From NCBI GenBank assembly GCA_013265495.1, contig MU058065.1:6324302-6388301 (forward strand): a stretch of DNA of 64,000 nt, given 5' to 3'. The notes under the pieces were generated by a model. That model worked only from the letters and a program-made list of their open reading frames with translations, had not been told where the DNA came from and ran no database searches. Below are positions 11,672 through 24,900 of the stretch, piece by piece (positions within the stretch are counted from its first letter, which is position 1; the number at the start of each line of letters is the position of its first letter). The position numbers were made by a program, and so were the translations under genes. This DNA is from Vicugna vicugna. Taxonomy: Eukaryota.

Positions 11672-14600
11672 CCCCCCCTCTGCACCCCCTTACAAAATAT
11701 ACAAAAATATTTTAAAATTCTTGAGGAAAACAAATGTAGCATCATGGGAAACTTATGTTCTACAGAAGACTCATATTCATCATTTTTACCTCATCTAAGT
11801 TCAAAATTTTTCAATTAAAATTTAAGATGTTTCAATAAAACAGCTTATTAGCACACTACTGGTAATGGTTTAAAAAAAAAGCTAGCAACAACCTAAATAT
11901 CAATGGGAAAATAATAACATATCTTATAGAAAATACTATCATAAAATATAAGGTCTCTAAATATACTGACAGGGTCAAGATACTATTCATGGAGAAAACA
12001 AAAACAGTACACCAAGATAAATCCTATAAATTGCTAAATTTCTGGAAGGAAATACAAGAAACTGTTAATAGGCGCTACCTTTGGGGCAATACGAAAGGGG
12101 GATTTACTTTTCAATTTTATACCTGCGTATACTGCTTTGGAATTGTACATGTATTATTATTATTATTTTAATGTCAACAGGGATTATCTGGTGGGGAGAT
12201 TATAGACTATTTTGTTTGTTTTGATCTTTATGCTTTACATTTTTTAAGACAAAAATGATTTGTTCTTTTGAATGGGTAACATGTTATAAGGTTCAAAATA
12301 ATCAGAGCAATACAATAAAATATGCATAGAGATCTTACTCCCACCTTGTTCCCATCTACCCCACTTTCTTACCTCGCTGTTCCCCAGACTATCTTCCGTC
12401 AAATCCCACTTTTACTGTATCCTGCCAGAGTTTCTTTGTGCAGAATTAAGCAATAAAAATGTGTTTTCTAGTCCCCTTTTCTCATACAAAAGGTAGCATA
12501 CTATGTACACCACTCTGCATCTTTTTTTTTTCCATTTAACAATGTGTCCTATCTTTCTGTATCACTAAAAACGAACCTTTCCCATCTTTCCCCTTCTCCC
12601 CTTTTCTAATGTAAATACTCAGTGCTATAAATTTTGCTCTCAGCACTGCTTTAGCCATTTTAGGGATGTAGAAATCAAGGCTCAAAGAAAGTAAGTGATT
12701 TGCTGAAAATTGCGCAGGCAGTGTGGTACTGCCTCTTGGCTGGGCAGAACAGAAGCTCTGCTGAGGCCCAGACTCTTCCCCAGGGTTCTCTGTGCCACTA
12801 GGTAAACTAGGACTGCTTAGGACAGATGTCTACTCAAGTTTGTACGCTACCCAGGGACTCTACAGGAGAGAATGTGAACTTGGCCTGTTATTGGCATTTA
12901 AACATATGCAGCCAGTGAACTGGGATTTCCTGAAGAAGATAGACTGAGAAGCGGGGCGAGGGGAGTGTGAATGAGCTAATGGGTTCCTGGGACAAAGTTA
13001 CTGGGTGTCAAAGAAATCTGGTAGAGGAGGTGCTACTGGGCAGTAGGGCTGGAATGCTGGAGGATGCTGCGAATCCAGGTGGGAAGTGAAGCTGAACTTG
13101 ACCATGATCCAGTCCCCACTCCACATCCTGAGACTCTGGGATGGAGAAGGTGTGATTCAAAGGAGTGAAGGATATCTCTAGGGGACAGAAGTCGAAATAG
13201 CTAACCTAAAGTAGAAGGAAAGTTTCTGTTGGCCAAAGAGAGAGACACAAGCCACAGAGTCCTGTGGGCAGAGGAGTAAGGAAATGGCACAGGCAGTGGT
13301 GTGGGCCGTGGAGGGGCCTCAGCCAATGGAGAATGTGGTAAGTGCAGAGAGCACCAGGACAGTGGGACTGCAGCCAGCAAGGTAGAGTTGACTGTGTGTG
13401 GAACAGACTCAAACTCTGAGAAGGAGTTACTGGCAGAGGCAGCACAGGCTGGGGTTGTGGGGGATGGGAGTTGTCAATCCCAGGGGAAAATAATAGGTCT
13501 CTTGTTAGTCAAAGGGTATCACTTTGAGCTCCAGGATTTTGGTGTATCAGCTACAAATGCAGTATATTTATTACGATCAGCAGTGAGATATGAATACACA
13601 CAGCTCATATTGGTTTGTTTTTGTCATTATTTAGTTGATTTTAAATCAGTATCACAGCCTATACAGCAGACATTTTTATTCTCATTTAATTCCTGAGGAC
13701 ACCGAGGCTCAGAGTTTTCCAAACTCACAAGACACCTCATTCTCCCATCCATTTTTTTTTAATCTGACTTGCTGGACAGGCTTGCACATCCCCTAGAGAT
13801 GCTGGGTTTGTACCCGGATACATAATGGGATGAAGTTTGGGTGGTTCGTTTTTTAGAAGGCTGTGAGTGCATTTCATTAGGGTGGGCATTTCTGAAGTTG
13901 TGTGTAACATAGCACAGAGAGTGTGTGCGAATATTGGGCGACTAAATGGGAGGGCTGTGGTTGTGCTTATTCTGAAATATTCATTCTATTTCTGCTTACT
14001 TTGTAGCAGCCATGTCTATGGGAGGATTAACCCTAGTCAAAGATGAGCCCTGATAAGTCAAATGTGTCCTCCCAGTGATGGGGATTGGTTCTGGAATGAG
14101 CATGTGGCTCAGTTTGGGCTAATGAGATACAAAGAGAAGTTTGCCCAGGGCTTTTGGAAGGTGTTTCCTTCTCTTAAAAGAAAGTACAAGAAAAGTTGGT
14201 CTCTTTTCTTCTGGATGTTTTTGGGCATCAAAAAGGAGCCCAGAACTGCTGCTGCTACCTCAGTACTTGAAGCTGGCACCAGCGGAAAGCAAAGCTAAGA
14301 CAATCAAGGGAGAATATATCAGAGCCACTGGATCAAAGTAACTGGAAACCCAGCCTACCCCTGGACGCTCTGTTAAGTGAACCGATACATCTCCATCTTG
14401 TTTAAGCCAATTTGAACTGAGTTTTCTATTACTTCTACCTGATATTTACTGATACAGCCTGCCCTCTGAGAAATTTAATTTCAATTAATTCAGGGTCTCC
14501 TCAACTCCTCTGAGGTTGTGTCTAAGTTCCTGAGAATTTATTTGAGGCGGAGTTTGGGTGTGAGAGTCGATATTTGGTTCTCAGTCATCCTCTGTCCACC

Positions 14601-17394
14601 CTGGCATCCACTTGAAGCATCCATCAAACCATCTGGTCCATAGTTGATGTGCCATACAGGTAGCTGTTGTGTTGTTCCTCATTCTCAATCTCTCTCTCTC
14701 TCACCATTTCTGTCCCACTATTGGGCACACAATAAACATTCTTATTGCCTAGGTACTACGCTATGTCGAGGGAAATGTCCTGTGACCTGCAAAGACTTGA
14801 TCTCCTGCATTGCTCTTGGATTCTAGGATCCAAAGCATCCAAGGGATCCAAGGAATGCTGCTCCCTTACCATGCTGGGTTTGGGGAAACCTGTAAAGCAA
14901 TCTAACGGCCTATCTCCCCGCATATACCATGTAACGCTTCCTACTTTGGATTTTATCCAGGAAGTGAGGCACAGACTACCTCTGCTTTTAGATCCCACAA
15001 ACCAGACAGTGGTGGGGAGGGCGGGAACAGGTGGCTCTCCTTCCTCAGGGACCCACATGTGTTAACTCTTCTCTTCCTACCAGACCAAGAGATCTTTATC
15101 TCCTCTTGGGGCTAAAGAAGTGTCATTCTAATTCATCTTTATTCTCTGAAATCTTCTGTGCTTTCTACTTGTCCCACCTCTTCTGTTTCTTGTTCTTTAA
15201 TTTCTCCCTTCTTTTATTTACTAACTTTGTTTTCTATTCTTTAGGGCTTTTTCTAGACATTACAGCATGCATGATTAATATATCGAAATCTAAAGGTAAT
15301 CAAAACTTTTTCCTCTTCCCAGATAACACAAGGATTTTCAAATACTTTAAATACTCCGTTTTCACCACCCCTGATTTGTATGTTATGGTTGGCAGCATTT
15401 CAATTCCAACCTCACAGGACATCATTCTTAGTTTTTTGCAGTTATGATTCATTTGGATTTGTCTACATTTTTACCACTTTCCTTGCTGTTTATACCTTGT
15501 TGGTTCTCAGATCTGACATGTAAGACCACTTTCGTTCTTTCTGAAGCATATTTTTTAGAAATTTCCTTCACTGAGGTGAACTCTGTTTTTGTTTGCCATA
15601 AAATACATTTTTATCTTCCTTGTAAATTTTCTCTTTGTATAAAATTATAAGTTGGAAATTAACTTTCTTTCAGCACACTGAAGATCCTGTACTAATTTCT
15701 GGGTTTTCATTTTCTATTGAGAAGTCAGCTATTAGACTGTCATTTCTTTGAAAGTGATTTTTCCCCGGTTACTTTCCAATTGTTTTCTCTTTGCCTTGAT
15801 TCTCTGTAGTTTCCACTATGATGTTTCCATGTGTGGGTTTCTTTCATTTATCCTTCTGGGGATTCATAGGCTTTTAGAATCTGGGGATTCTTATGTTTAT
15901 CAGTTCCTGAAAATAACAACTAATCTCATCAAATGACTTCTACCCTACTAATCTCTCTATTCTCCTGAGACTCTCTTTAAATATATTTTAGATTTTTCTG
16001 CTTAGCCTGTATATTTCTTGCTTCTTCATATGTATTTTGAAGATTTTTTTATTTTTGTATTCTATATTATACTCTGGATAACTTCCTCTAACCTAACATT
16101 CTATTTTCTCTTCAGCCGTCTTTCATCTCCTGTTAAATTCATTTATTAAGTTTTTGCTTTCACTTCTGTATTTTTCATTCATTTTTTAGAAGTTCTATTT
16201 GCTTTGAAAAAAAACTGTTAAGCTCTTTTTTATAATTTCCCATTTGCTCCATGCTTTTCAAACTTGTCTCCTATTGTATTACATGTAAGAAGCATTTGTT
16301 ATAAATAAAGTATCTGATAATTCCAGTTTCTGAAGTTCTTAACAGGTTTTTTCCTGCTACCTGTATTTTCTGATGGCTCTTTCTCATGATTCCTAACTTC
16401 CCTGTGTACCTGAGTATTTTCAACTATGTGCTGGATGTTGTGGAATAATTTGTGGCTTTGGAAGAGGTAACTGTCTCCAGATAACACTTGTGCTTGCTTC
16501 TGCCCAGTCCTGGGGTCATTACTGACCTTACCACTTAAATCAGGTTTGAACTTTGGTTCTCTCTGAGTCACTCAGATGAGGAAAACCTTGACTGTTAAAT
16601 TTAGGTAACAGCTAGTTTGCTTCAGAATTACACTCATTCTGAGCTTTTTAGAGATGGGATCGCCTATCATACTCCCAACTTAAATGGGTCCTTGGCCTCC
16701 ATAACCCCAAATGGCTCTTGCTAGAATTGGTAGATGCCTTAGAACAAAGTCGCTTCTTTTCTCCCTAGCCTCGCTGTGTGCCCATCTTCCTTTCAGTTGG
16801 GCCTAGTCTTTACTATCTTATCTTTTAGTGCTTTTAAGAAGATGCTTTTTATGTCTTATTCACCATTTAAAATCATTTTTAGTGGAATATGTTTTCTGAA
16901 TAACATAGCCTGCCAAAGATCCCCAATTTTTAAGCCGAGTCCAAGCTTGTACTGCTCACCACACGACAGGCCAATAAATCAAGAGATGAGTTGTTGGGGC
17001 AAGGAATGGTGACTTTATTCATAAAGCCAGCAGACTGAGAAGATGGTAGACTAGTATCTGAAAGAACCATGTTGCCTGACTTAGAATTCAGGCTTCTTTT
17101 GTACTAAAAGGGGAGGAAGTAAAGTCAAACCTGGTTCCGGTCAGCCTCCGGAGGGGATGTGTTAATTTATTCCTTCCTGCAGTCATTCCAGGTGGGCCTA
17201 GTCAGGATGTTTCCTGTGAGCTTAATAAAAGATATTTTAGCTGAATGCTCACTACCCGGGAGGCAGGGTTCCCAGAGATGGGCCATTTTGTATAATTTAA
17301 GCGTATAGGCAACATCCCTTTAGTGGTTAACTTGTAGCAAAAGCAATAGAATACACAGGTTAAAGTAAAAGAAACATCTGAAGTGGAGTCAGAT

Positions 17395-19011
17395 AGAATT
17401 ATACACAGAAAACTATAAACCATTGATGAAGGAAATTAAAGAAGACTTTAAAAAATGGAAAGATATTCCATGCTCTTGGATTGGAAGAATCAATATTGTT
17501 AAAATGGTCACACTGCCCAAGGCAATCTACAGATTTAATGCAATCCCTATCCAATTACCCAGGACATATTTCACAGAACTAGAACAAATCATAATAAAAT
17601 TTATATGGAACCATCAAAGACCTAGAATTGCTAAAGCATTACTGAAGAGAAAGAAAGAGGCTGGAGGAATAACTCTCCCAGACTTCAGACAATACTATAG
17701 AGCTACAGTCATCAAGACAGCATGGTATTGGTACCAAAACAGACATATAGACCAATGGAACAGAATAGAGAGCCCAGAAATGAACCCACAAACTTTTGGT
17801 CAACTNNNNNNNNNNNNNNNNNNNNNNNNNNNNNNNNNNNNNNNNNNNNNNNNNNNNNNNNNNNNNNNNNNNNNNNNNNNNNNNNNNNNNNNNNNNNNNN
17901 NNNNNNNNNNNNNNNNNNNNNNNNNNNNNNNNNNNNNNNNNNNNNNNNNNNNNNNNNNNNNNNNNNNNNNNNNNNNNNNNNNNNNNNNNNNNNNNNNNNN
18001 NNNNNNNNNNNNNNNNNNNNNNNNNNNNNNNNNNNNNNNNNNNNNNNNNNNNNNNNNNNNNNNNNNNNNNNNNNNNNNNNNNNNNNNNNNNNNNNNNNNN
18101 NNNNNNNNNNNNNNNNNNNNNNNNNNNNNNNNNNNNNNNNNNNNNNNNNNNNNNNNNNNNNNNNNNNNNNNNNNNNNNNNNNNNNNNNNNNNNNNNNNNN
18201 NNNNNNNNNNNNNNNNNNNNNNNNNNNNNNNNNNNNNNNNNNNNNNNNNNNNNNNNNNNNNNNNNNNNNNNNNNNNNNNNNNNNNNNNNNNNNNNNNNNN
18301 NNNNNNNNNNNNNNNNNNNNNNNNNNNNNNNNNNNNNNNNNNNNNNNNNNNNNNNNNNNNNNNNNNNNNNNNNNNNNNNNNNNNNNNNNNNNNNNNNNNN
18401 NNNNNNNNNNNNNNNNNNNNNNNNNNNNNNNNNNNNNNNNNNNNNNNNNNNNNNNNNNNNNNNNNNNNNNNNNNNNNNNNNNNNNNNNNNNNNNNNNNNN
18501 NNNNNNNNNNNNNNNNNNNNNNNNNNNNNNNNNNNNNNNNNNNNNNNNNNNNNNNNNNNNNNNNNNNNNNNNNNNNNNNNNNNNNNNNNNNNNNNNNNNN
18601 NNNNNNNNNNNNNNNNNNNNNNNNNNNNNNNNNNNNNNNNNNNNNNNNNNNNNNNNNNNNNNNNNNNNNNNNNNNNNNNNNNNNNNNNNNNNNNNNNNNN
18701 NNNNNNNNNNNNNNNNNCAGGGGGGTAGAGGGTGGGAAGGGATAGACTGGGATTTCAAAATTGTAGAATAGATAAACAAGATTACACTGTATAGCACAGG
18801 GAAATATACACAAAATGTTATGATAAATCACAGAGAAAAAAATGTGACAATGAGTGTGTATATGTCCATGAATGACTGAAAAATTGTGCTGAACACTGGA
18901 ATTCGACACAACACTGTAAAATGATTATGAATCAATAAAAAATGTAAAAAAAAAGAAACACATGGTATTAACTACATAAAAGATTAAAAAAATAAAAATA
19001 AAAAAAAAATA
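17395..19011 (+). mobile_element. Young 5'-truncated LINE-1 (ORF2 C-terminal part, 3'UTR, polyA) containing an assembly gap
   Basis: [30 protein letters not shown]...[19 protein letters not shown] is L1 ORF2. Perfect 14-bp TSD AAGTGGAGTCAGAT at 17381-17394 and 19012-19025. Confidence 0.95.
17806..18717. other. Assembly gap (912 N)
   Basis: Run of N. Confidence 1.
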
Positions 19012-22000
19012 AAGTGGAGTCAGATTTGTTCTTCCCTATTACAGTATTCCCCTTCCTTCCAGAAGACCTGACTTTTGAAACCCAAAAGCCAGAAGATGCT
19101 CTTCTTTGCACTGTATCATTTCTTCCTTGAGGCAATAAACAGGGAAACTGTAAGCTTGAGTGAGAAAAGGGCTATAGGGTAGAAAGAAGTACCTCTCAAT
19201 TTGGTTACAATGTTCAAAGTATTATGCCACCACATAGGTAAACTGCTTAGCCCGGTACCCATTACCTTGCTGGAGTTCAGAAAATAGTTACTGTGTCATG
19301 ATTATTATTTCTATATCCAAACTCAACTTCTTTAGGAAGTTTTCCTTCATTAACCTTTTCCCATTCCAATTCTTCTTTCACTGTAGTTTATCCAAGTACA
19401 TTTTTACCCTCCTTGACACCCTGTTGATTTACTCTAATTGCTTTTTCAAATGTGCACTTTTCCTTGGGAAATTTAGTGACTGAACATCACGCCCAGAAAC
19501 TTTTGCAAGTGTCTAAGCCTTGTTTCTTTGTTAACTCTGGTATCGGAGCTCTTTCAGCTACAGGTGACAGAAGCCTCAATTCAAACTGCACTAAACAAAA
19601 AAAGATTCTATTGGTTAATGTAATTGAAAAAAAACCCAGTGGTGGGTTTTCAGGTACAGTTTGATCAAGGAGCTAAGTGAATGTCTGGAATACCTGGTCT
19701 TTCTCATCCTATCGTGGTTCTTTTGCCCTTTGTTTTGTCTTCATTCTCAGGCAGCTCCACTTTGCATGATAGCAGAATCTCCATACTTACATTCTCACAG
19801 CTCCAAATCCAGTGGGAAAGAGTTTCCATTAGTTATAGCAAAAGTTCCAGGATTCACCCTGTTGAATTAATTCAGTCAATGCCCCCCTTCACTGTGGCCA
19901 GATTGGCTAAGTCTGAATCAGAGGTATACTCCCTGGAACCATGGTTAAGTCCTTCTGAAAATCATGTTCTCTGAATTTGGAGAATTTGTGGTTCCCTGAA
20001 GGAAAACTTGGGGGTTTACCAAGAGAGGGATAAAATGGATCATGTGTAGACAAGAGCACCATCTGTGCACTTCAATCTCCAACAGCTGACAGAAGAAGGC
20101 TCAGTGATGGGGCCTGTGGGGCAGACTAAACTGCAGTAGCAAGGTGCTGGTTTTGTCCAAGCCCTTGGATTGTTGGCACAGATGCTGTTCGGTTTCAGCC
20201 ACACAGACAGGACTGGAGCAGGAGTGTCTGGGAGACTGGCATGAAGGCTGCTCTCACAGCCTCCCAACCACTTTGGCACAGGGGACCCTATTTGTGATTT
20301 ATCAGTAATGGTCGCATCTAGGCTACTCTGTTGGCCTTCTCAAGCTGCTTTACTCACCCTGAAATATAAATAACACCCAGACAGGATCCCAACTCCGTGT
20401 CCTAGACAAACCCCCTATCCAGAGACGGCAGCCAGATTCACCATAGACTCAGGGGGCAGTGTCCTTATTACACCCAGTTTTGAGAGTGAGCCAAGAAGTA
20501 AGGTTTCAAGAAATATGATACCATGACCAGAGACTAAACTCTGACACCCAAGGAGTATTTATTTCCCAACCAAAGCCAGTATCCTCTGGTGATTCGCCCT
20601 GCTGAAGAGGATGGGTAGGGCTGGACTGGCCGCAAGAGCAGGTGTAGGAGCTCCTTTTTTTACAACTGGAAAATCACTCTGATTTTAGTGTCAAGCAATG
20701 CTGGTGTCTGCCTCAGCTGAGCCCTCCTGCATTCCAACTTCGATGCCACCACGGATGACTACTGGAGAGTCAGAGTCCCCCACCCCACCCCACCCCACCC
20801 CACCTCCAGCCTTCCTGCTTTCAGAAGCTTGTAGTTGGAGGGCTTAAGGGGACTTGAAGCAGGTGGCAAGGTAATAATTATAGTAACCACTTACTGAGCA
20901 TATATTACATGCCAGGCCTGAGCTTCATTTACATTAAGCTTAATGGCTGAGAGTGTGGTGCTAGAGTCTAGAAACACTAGGTTTGACCCTGGGCTCCATC
21001 TTGCTAGCTTTGAGATTTTGATCAGGTTACTTAATCTCTTTGGGCCTTGATCAACTGACTTGTAAAATTATGATAATAAAAGTATTTACCGTACAGGTTT
21101 GTGAGGGATTACATGGGATACTGCACACAACGTATTCTGCAGCGTCTGGTAGATATTCAGCACTACATAAATGTAAGCATCATTATATGCACTTGTAATT
21201 TCTAATCCTACCACAATCCTGTAATGTAAATGCATTAGTTAGAGAGACTCTTGGCTGCTTCAGTGGCTTAAACAAGACAGAAGTTTATTTCTCTTTATAA
21301 GAAAGAGTGGAGGAGATTCTATTATTTTCTACTTGCATCTTCCACTGTTGGGTTCAAATGGCTGATCTAGCTCCTACCACTGTATTGTAACTCCAGTCAA
21401 GAAGAGGAAAATCTGCCCCTTCCTTCCAAGGGCACCCTTAAAAGTTGCATGTAACATTACTGCTCAGATCCCATTGGCCAAGCTTAGTCATATAACCACA
21501 CTATCTGAAAGGAAGCTGGGAACTAAAATCTTGTACTTTGTTAAAATTGAGACTTACTAGTAGAGGAAGAAGGGGAGAATAGATATTGCCCTGCCAGACC
21601 CACCGCCTGGCTACCCCTCACAAAGTACACATTTATCACCCCATTGATAACAGTGGAGGAGGAACAGGATAAACTTCAGAACAGAAAAGAATAACAAATA
21701 CCTGGCAGTCACTTGATCTTTAGCCAGTTACTAAGTCCAGTTGGGCAGGAATTACAGTGCCACTTCCCTGCAGTGGGGTAATTTCTCAGGCAGCTTATCT
21801 GGCTGCCTGGTTCTGCTCTCTGGGATGGAACCCTTCCACTCTCCTATGTGGCTGCTGGCATTGCCTCCTGGGAAGTTATTTCTTACCTGACATCCTCTGT
21901 GGCTGCCTTGGACAGCCCATCTGTCTCTGCCAACCTTACAACTTTCACAGATTTCTTCCTGCTGGTGCAGATTTGAGAAGCTCGAAACAATGGAGGAGGG

Positions 22001-22849
22001 CTGTCAAACCAGTCTCTTCTGACTGGGTTTATAGTTTCTTTGCTAATATAACACCCTTAAAATCGTCCAAGGCTTCTGGCTGGTTTCATATTTGTATAAC
22101 CACAGCCACTGTTCTCATAATTTTTATGCTTATATACTCTGGATTTGGTGTTCTTCCCATTCTCTCTCAAACTGCTGGTGGCTTCCTTGAGGCCATCTGA
22201 AAAAATGCACGTGGTGGCAAAGAGAACTTCCCTATTCTGCTCACTGGGACAGCTTCCACTATGTACAGAATTGGTTGTGCTTGAGGACCACAGGTAAAGC
22301 CCTTGCCAAGGCTGCCTCGTTCAAAATACCTCTTAACAACTTGCAGCCTGAGGGCATTTCTCTTGTAGGAATTTGACAGTAGCAGGAAGCAGCAGCCAAT
22401 CCGTAGCAGTTTCCGTGAGTTACAGGCTTTTTTAGTATATGATTATGTTTCAAGGCATCGTGGATGACAGATATGCCATATGTTTTACTGTAACATAACA
22501 ATGGTAACCAGCTTACCGGCATACAATTGTTTTCTTTGCTACCTGTAGTCCAGTCTCTAAACCAATGCTGTTTGTTTTAGGCTTTTAAAGCAGTGCCACT
22601 TCCAGATACCAAATTTTGCCTCAGTTAGGATACATGGTTGGTTGCTATAACAAAGATTCAGTTTAAAAATGACTTACACAAGGAAGTTTGTTTCTGTCAT
22701 ATAATAGTCTACAGACAATCTAAACCTGGCAGGATGCCTCTGAAACCTCTAACAAGCATCTTCCACCTTTGCTACAAGATAGCTGCTCTAGCTCCTGCCA
22801 TCACATTAGCATTCCAGCCATCAAAAGAGGAAAAGAGAGAAAGAACAAG

Positions 22850-23005
22850 GTTCTACTGTATATCACAGAGAACTACATTCAGTGCCTTGTAATAACCTAT
22901 AATGAAAAGAATATGAAAAGAAATATTTATATGTATAACTGAATCACTATGCTGTACACCAGAAACTAACACAATATTGTAAACTGAAAATACTTCAATA
23001 AAAAA
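22850..23005 (+). mobile_element. Short L1 3'-end fragment within an old MaLR LTR
   Basis: tatatgtataactgaatcactatgctgtacaccagaaactaacacaatattgtaaac...aataaaaaa is a typical artiodactyl L1 3' terminus. Confidence 0.7.
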
Positions 23006-24864
23006 GAAGGGGAAAAAGAAGAAGGAAACTAATGCCTCTTTTTTTTAAGGCGTGACCTGGAGGTTGCTCACATCACAACCACTCACATCGAATTGTCCAA
23101 ATTTAATCACTAGGCCATATTTAGCTGCAAGGGTTGAGAATTTAGGTCTTTATTGTAGGCAGGCATTCCAGTTGAAATTTAAGTGTTTCTGTTACTAAAG
23201 GAAGAAGAGAGAAATAGATATTGCATGGCAACTGGCAGTCTCAACCACAGAATGTTTTTATCCTCACTTTACATTCGTGGAAACAGGCTCAGAAAAAAAC
23301 AAGCAACGCTTTCCAAGGTCAAATGGGTGAGAATGAATTTTAATATGGTCCATCTGACCCCCAAACAGGTTTTCCATCACATCCAGCCCACATATTTTGG
23401 TCCTCAAGGTGCCCACTGTTTGCCTAGAGATAAAAGTTAGTCACATGTATAGTTATATGAGTGCCAGCCCAGCGTACACTGAGATTTGCACACGGAACGG
23501 GCAGATCAGTGCAGTGAGGGTAATGTCATCAGAGAAGACTTTCTTAAAAGGAGCTCCTGCTACTGGTGCCTGGGTACTGCAGGAGATGGCAGTGGTGTGA
23601 GCTGAGCTTGTTCTGTCTCTGGCTTGGCTGTGCAGGTGGCCCACAGTGTAAGAAGGTGGGAGTTTTTCAGGTCCGAGGCACCACATATCTCCAGGGATGG
23701 TCCAAGTGATCTTTTCCCCATTAGCTGTGCCTTTAACATTCTGTCATCTGAGATGAGACAGGCCACAGGGATCCTGTGGGAGGAGAGCTGCACTCTCCCC
23801 CAGGACTATCCAAGACACATGTGAAGGTGAGCCCCTCCCTTGTTCTGTTCCCCAGAGGCAGTGAAAGGGCTTTGAGGGATGATGGGAAATGTGTTCAGTA
23901 AATTCAGCAAGAAATCCACTAATCCATTACTGAGTGTTTATTCACTGCATGGCAAGGCAGGGATGGAAGAGGCTGGAAGGAGGAGAGGAAGGGAGGGGCA
24001 GAGAGAGGGGAGCTGGAGCAGCTGGGTCAGCATTCCCAATTTGGACACTGACTCAGGTCCCAGGAATGCCAAGGAAGGGGATGGGCAGCCACCGGAGCTG
24101 CCTGGGATCCTGCTGGCAAGCAGGAGATGCAGGAACTGCACACACAGAGGGATGAGGAAAGTCAGGCTCCTGCACACCTGGATCTACCTCCGCAGGTAGA
24201 AGCAGGTGTCTCTCACACTGCAGACAGGTGCAGGCCCTGAGCCTTCAAGCCCACCACACACCTTCAAGGTGACTTTCACAACTCCCTACCTGCCCTAACC
24301 ATTCCACTCCAACTACTCCACCAGAGGCAGGGACAGCCTCCTGGGACTCAAATGTGACATCTGGAAACACACTGGCCACTCTCCCGGGACCACCCACAAA
24401 CCCCTTATCCCCATCCTCCCAGCTGGCTGCAACTTGCCCTTCCTCATTCACCATAACCGAAATTTGTACCAGAAGAAAAGTTAAGCTCAACCTGCCTCCA
24501 TTTCCCCTCCTTTGGCGCCTGACAAAGATGAGGGAGGCCCTCAGGGTGGGAACCCAGGACTCTGAGATCCTGTCTCCTCCCACCCCCAGTGCCCCTGAAA
24601 TGCTCCAAGCCACCTCCCCCATAGCAGGGTCCTTCTCTCCTTGGAGACCCGGGAGGCAGCCCAGGATCGGACATCAAAATTCCAGGTACGTTCGTCTGCA
24701 CCCCACCCAGCTCCCAGGCTGCAGGGCTGGAGCAGCTGAGCGGGTGGACTCCTTCCTCCCCACTGCCTGACACCCAATCAGAGAGAACCCGATCCGGGAG
24801 GGCAGGGAGCCAGGGGCCGGGCCCAGAATAGTGCTGCCCAGATAACAGTGTTGCGCACTTGCTC

Positions 24865-24900
24865 ATGGAGCCCGCCGAGCTGGAGCACGCGCTGCGCAGG
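24865..24900 (+). CDS. PRKAG3: PRKAG3 coding exon 1
   Basis: ATG...[12 protein letters not shown], then gtacag. Confidence 0.9.

Larger units (their letters stand above)
16930..19043 (-). mobile_element. ERV1-type solo LTR split by an L1 insertion (LTR parts about 16930-17394 and 19012-19043)
   Basis: Minus strand begins TGTAATAGGG at 19043; AATAAA on the minus strand (tttatt near 17015); sequence resumes after the L1 target-site duplication. Confidence 0.65.

Noticed and set aside
17423..18909. Long ORFs of 310-440 aa
   Set aside because: Artefacts of translating through the N gap; the real part is L1 ORF2.
23313..23321. CCAAGGTCA nuclear-receptor motif upstream of PRKAG3
   Set aside because: Lies in MIR-like sequence where this word is part of the consensus; no independent support.
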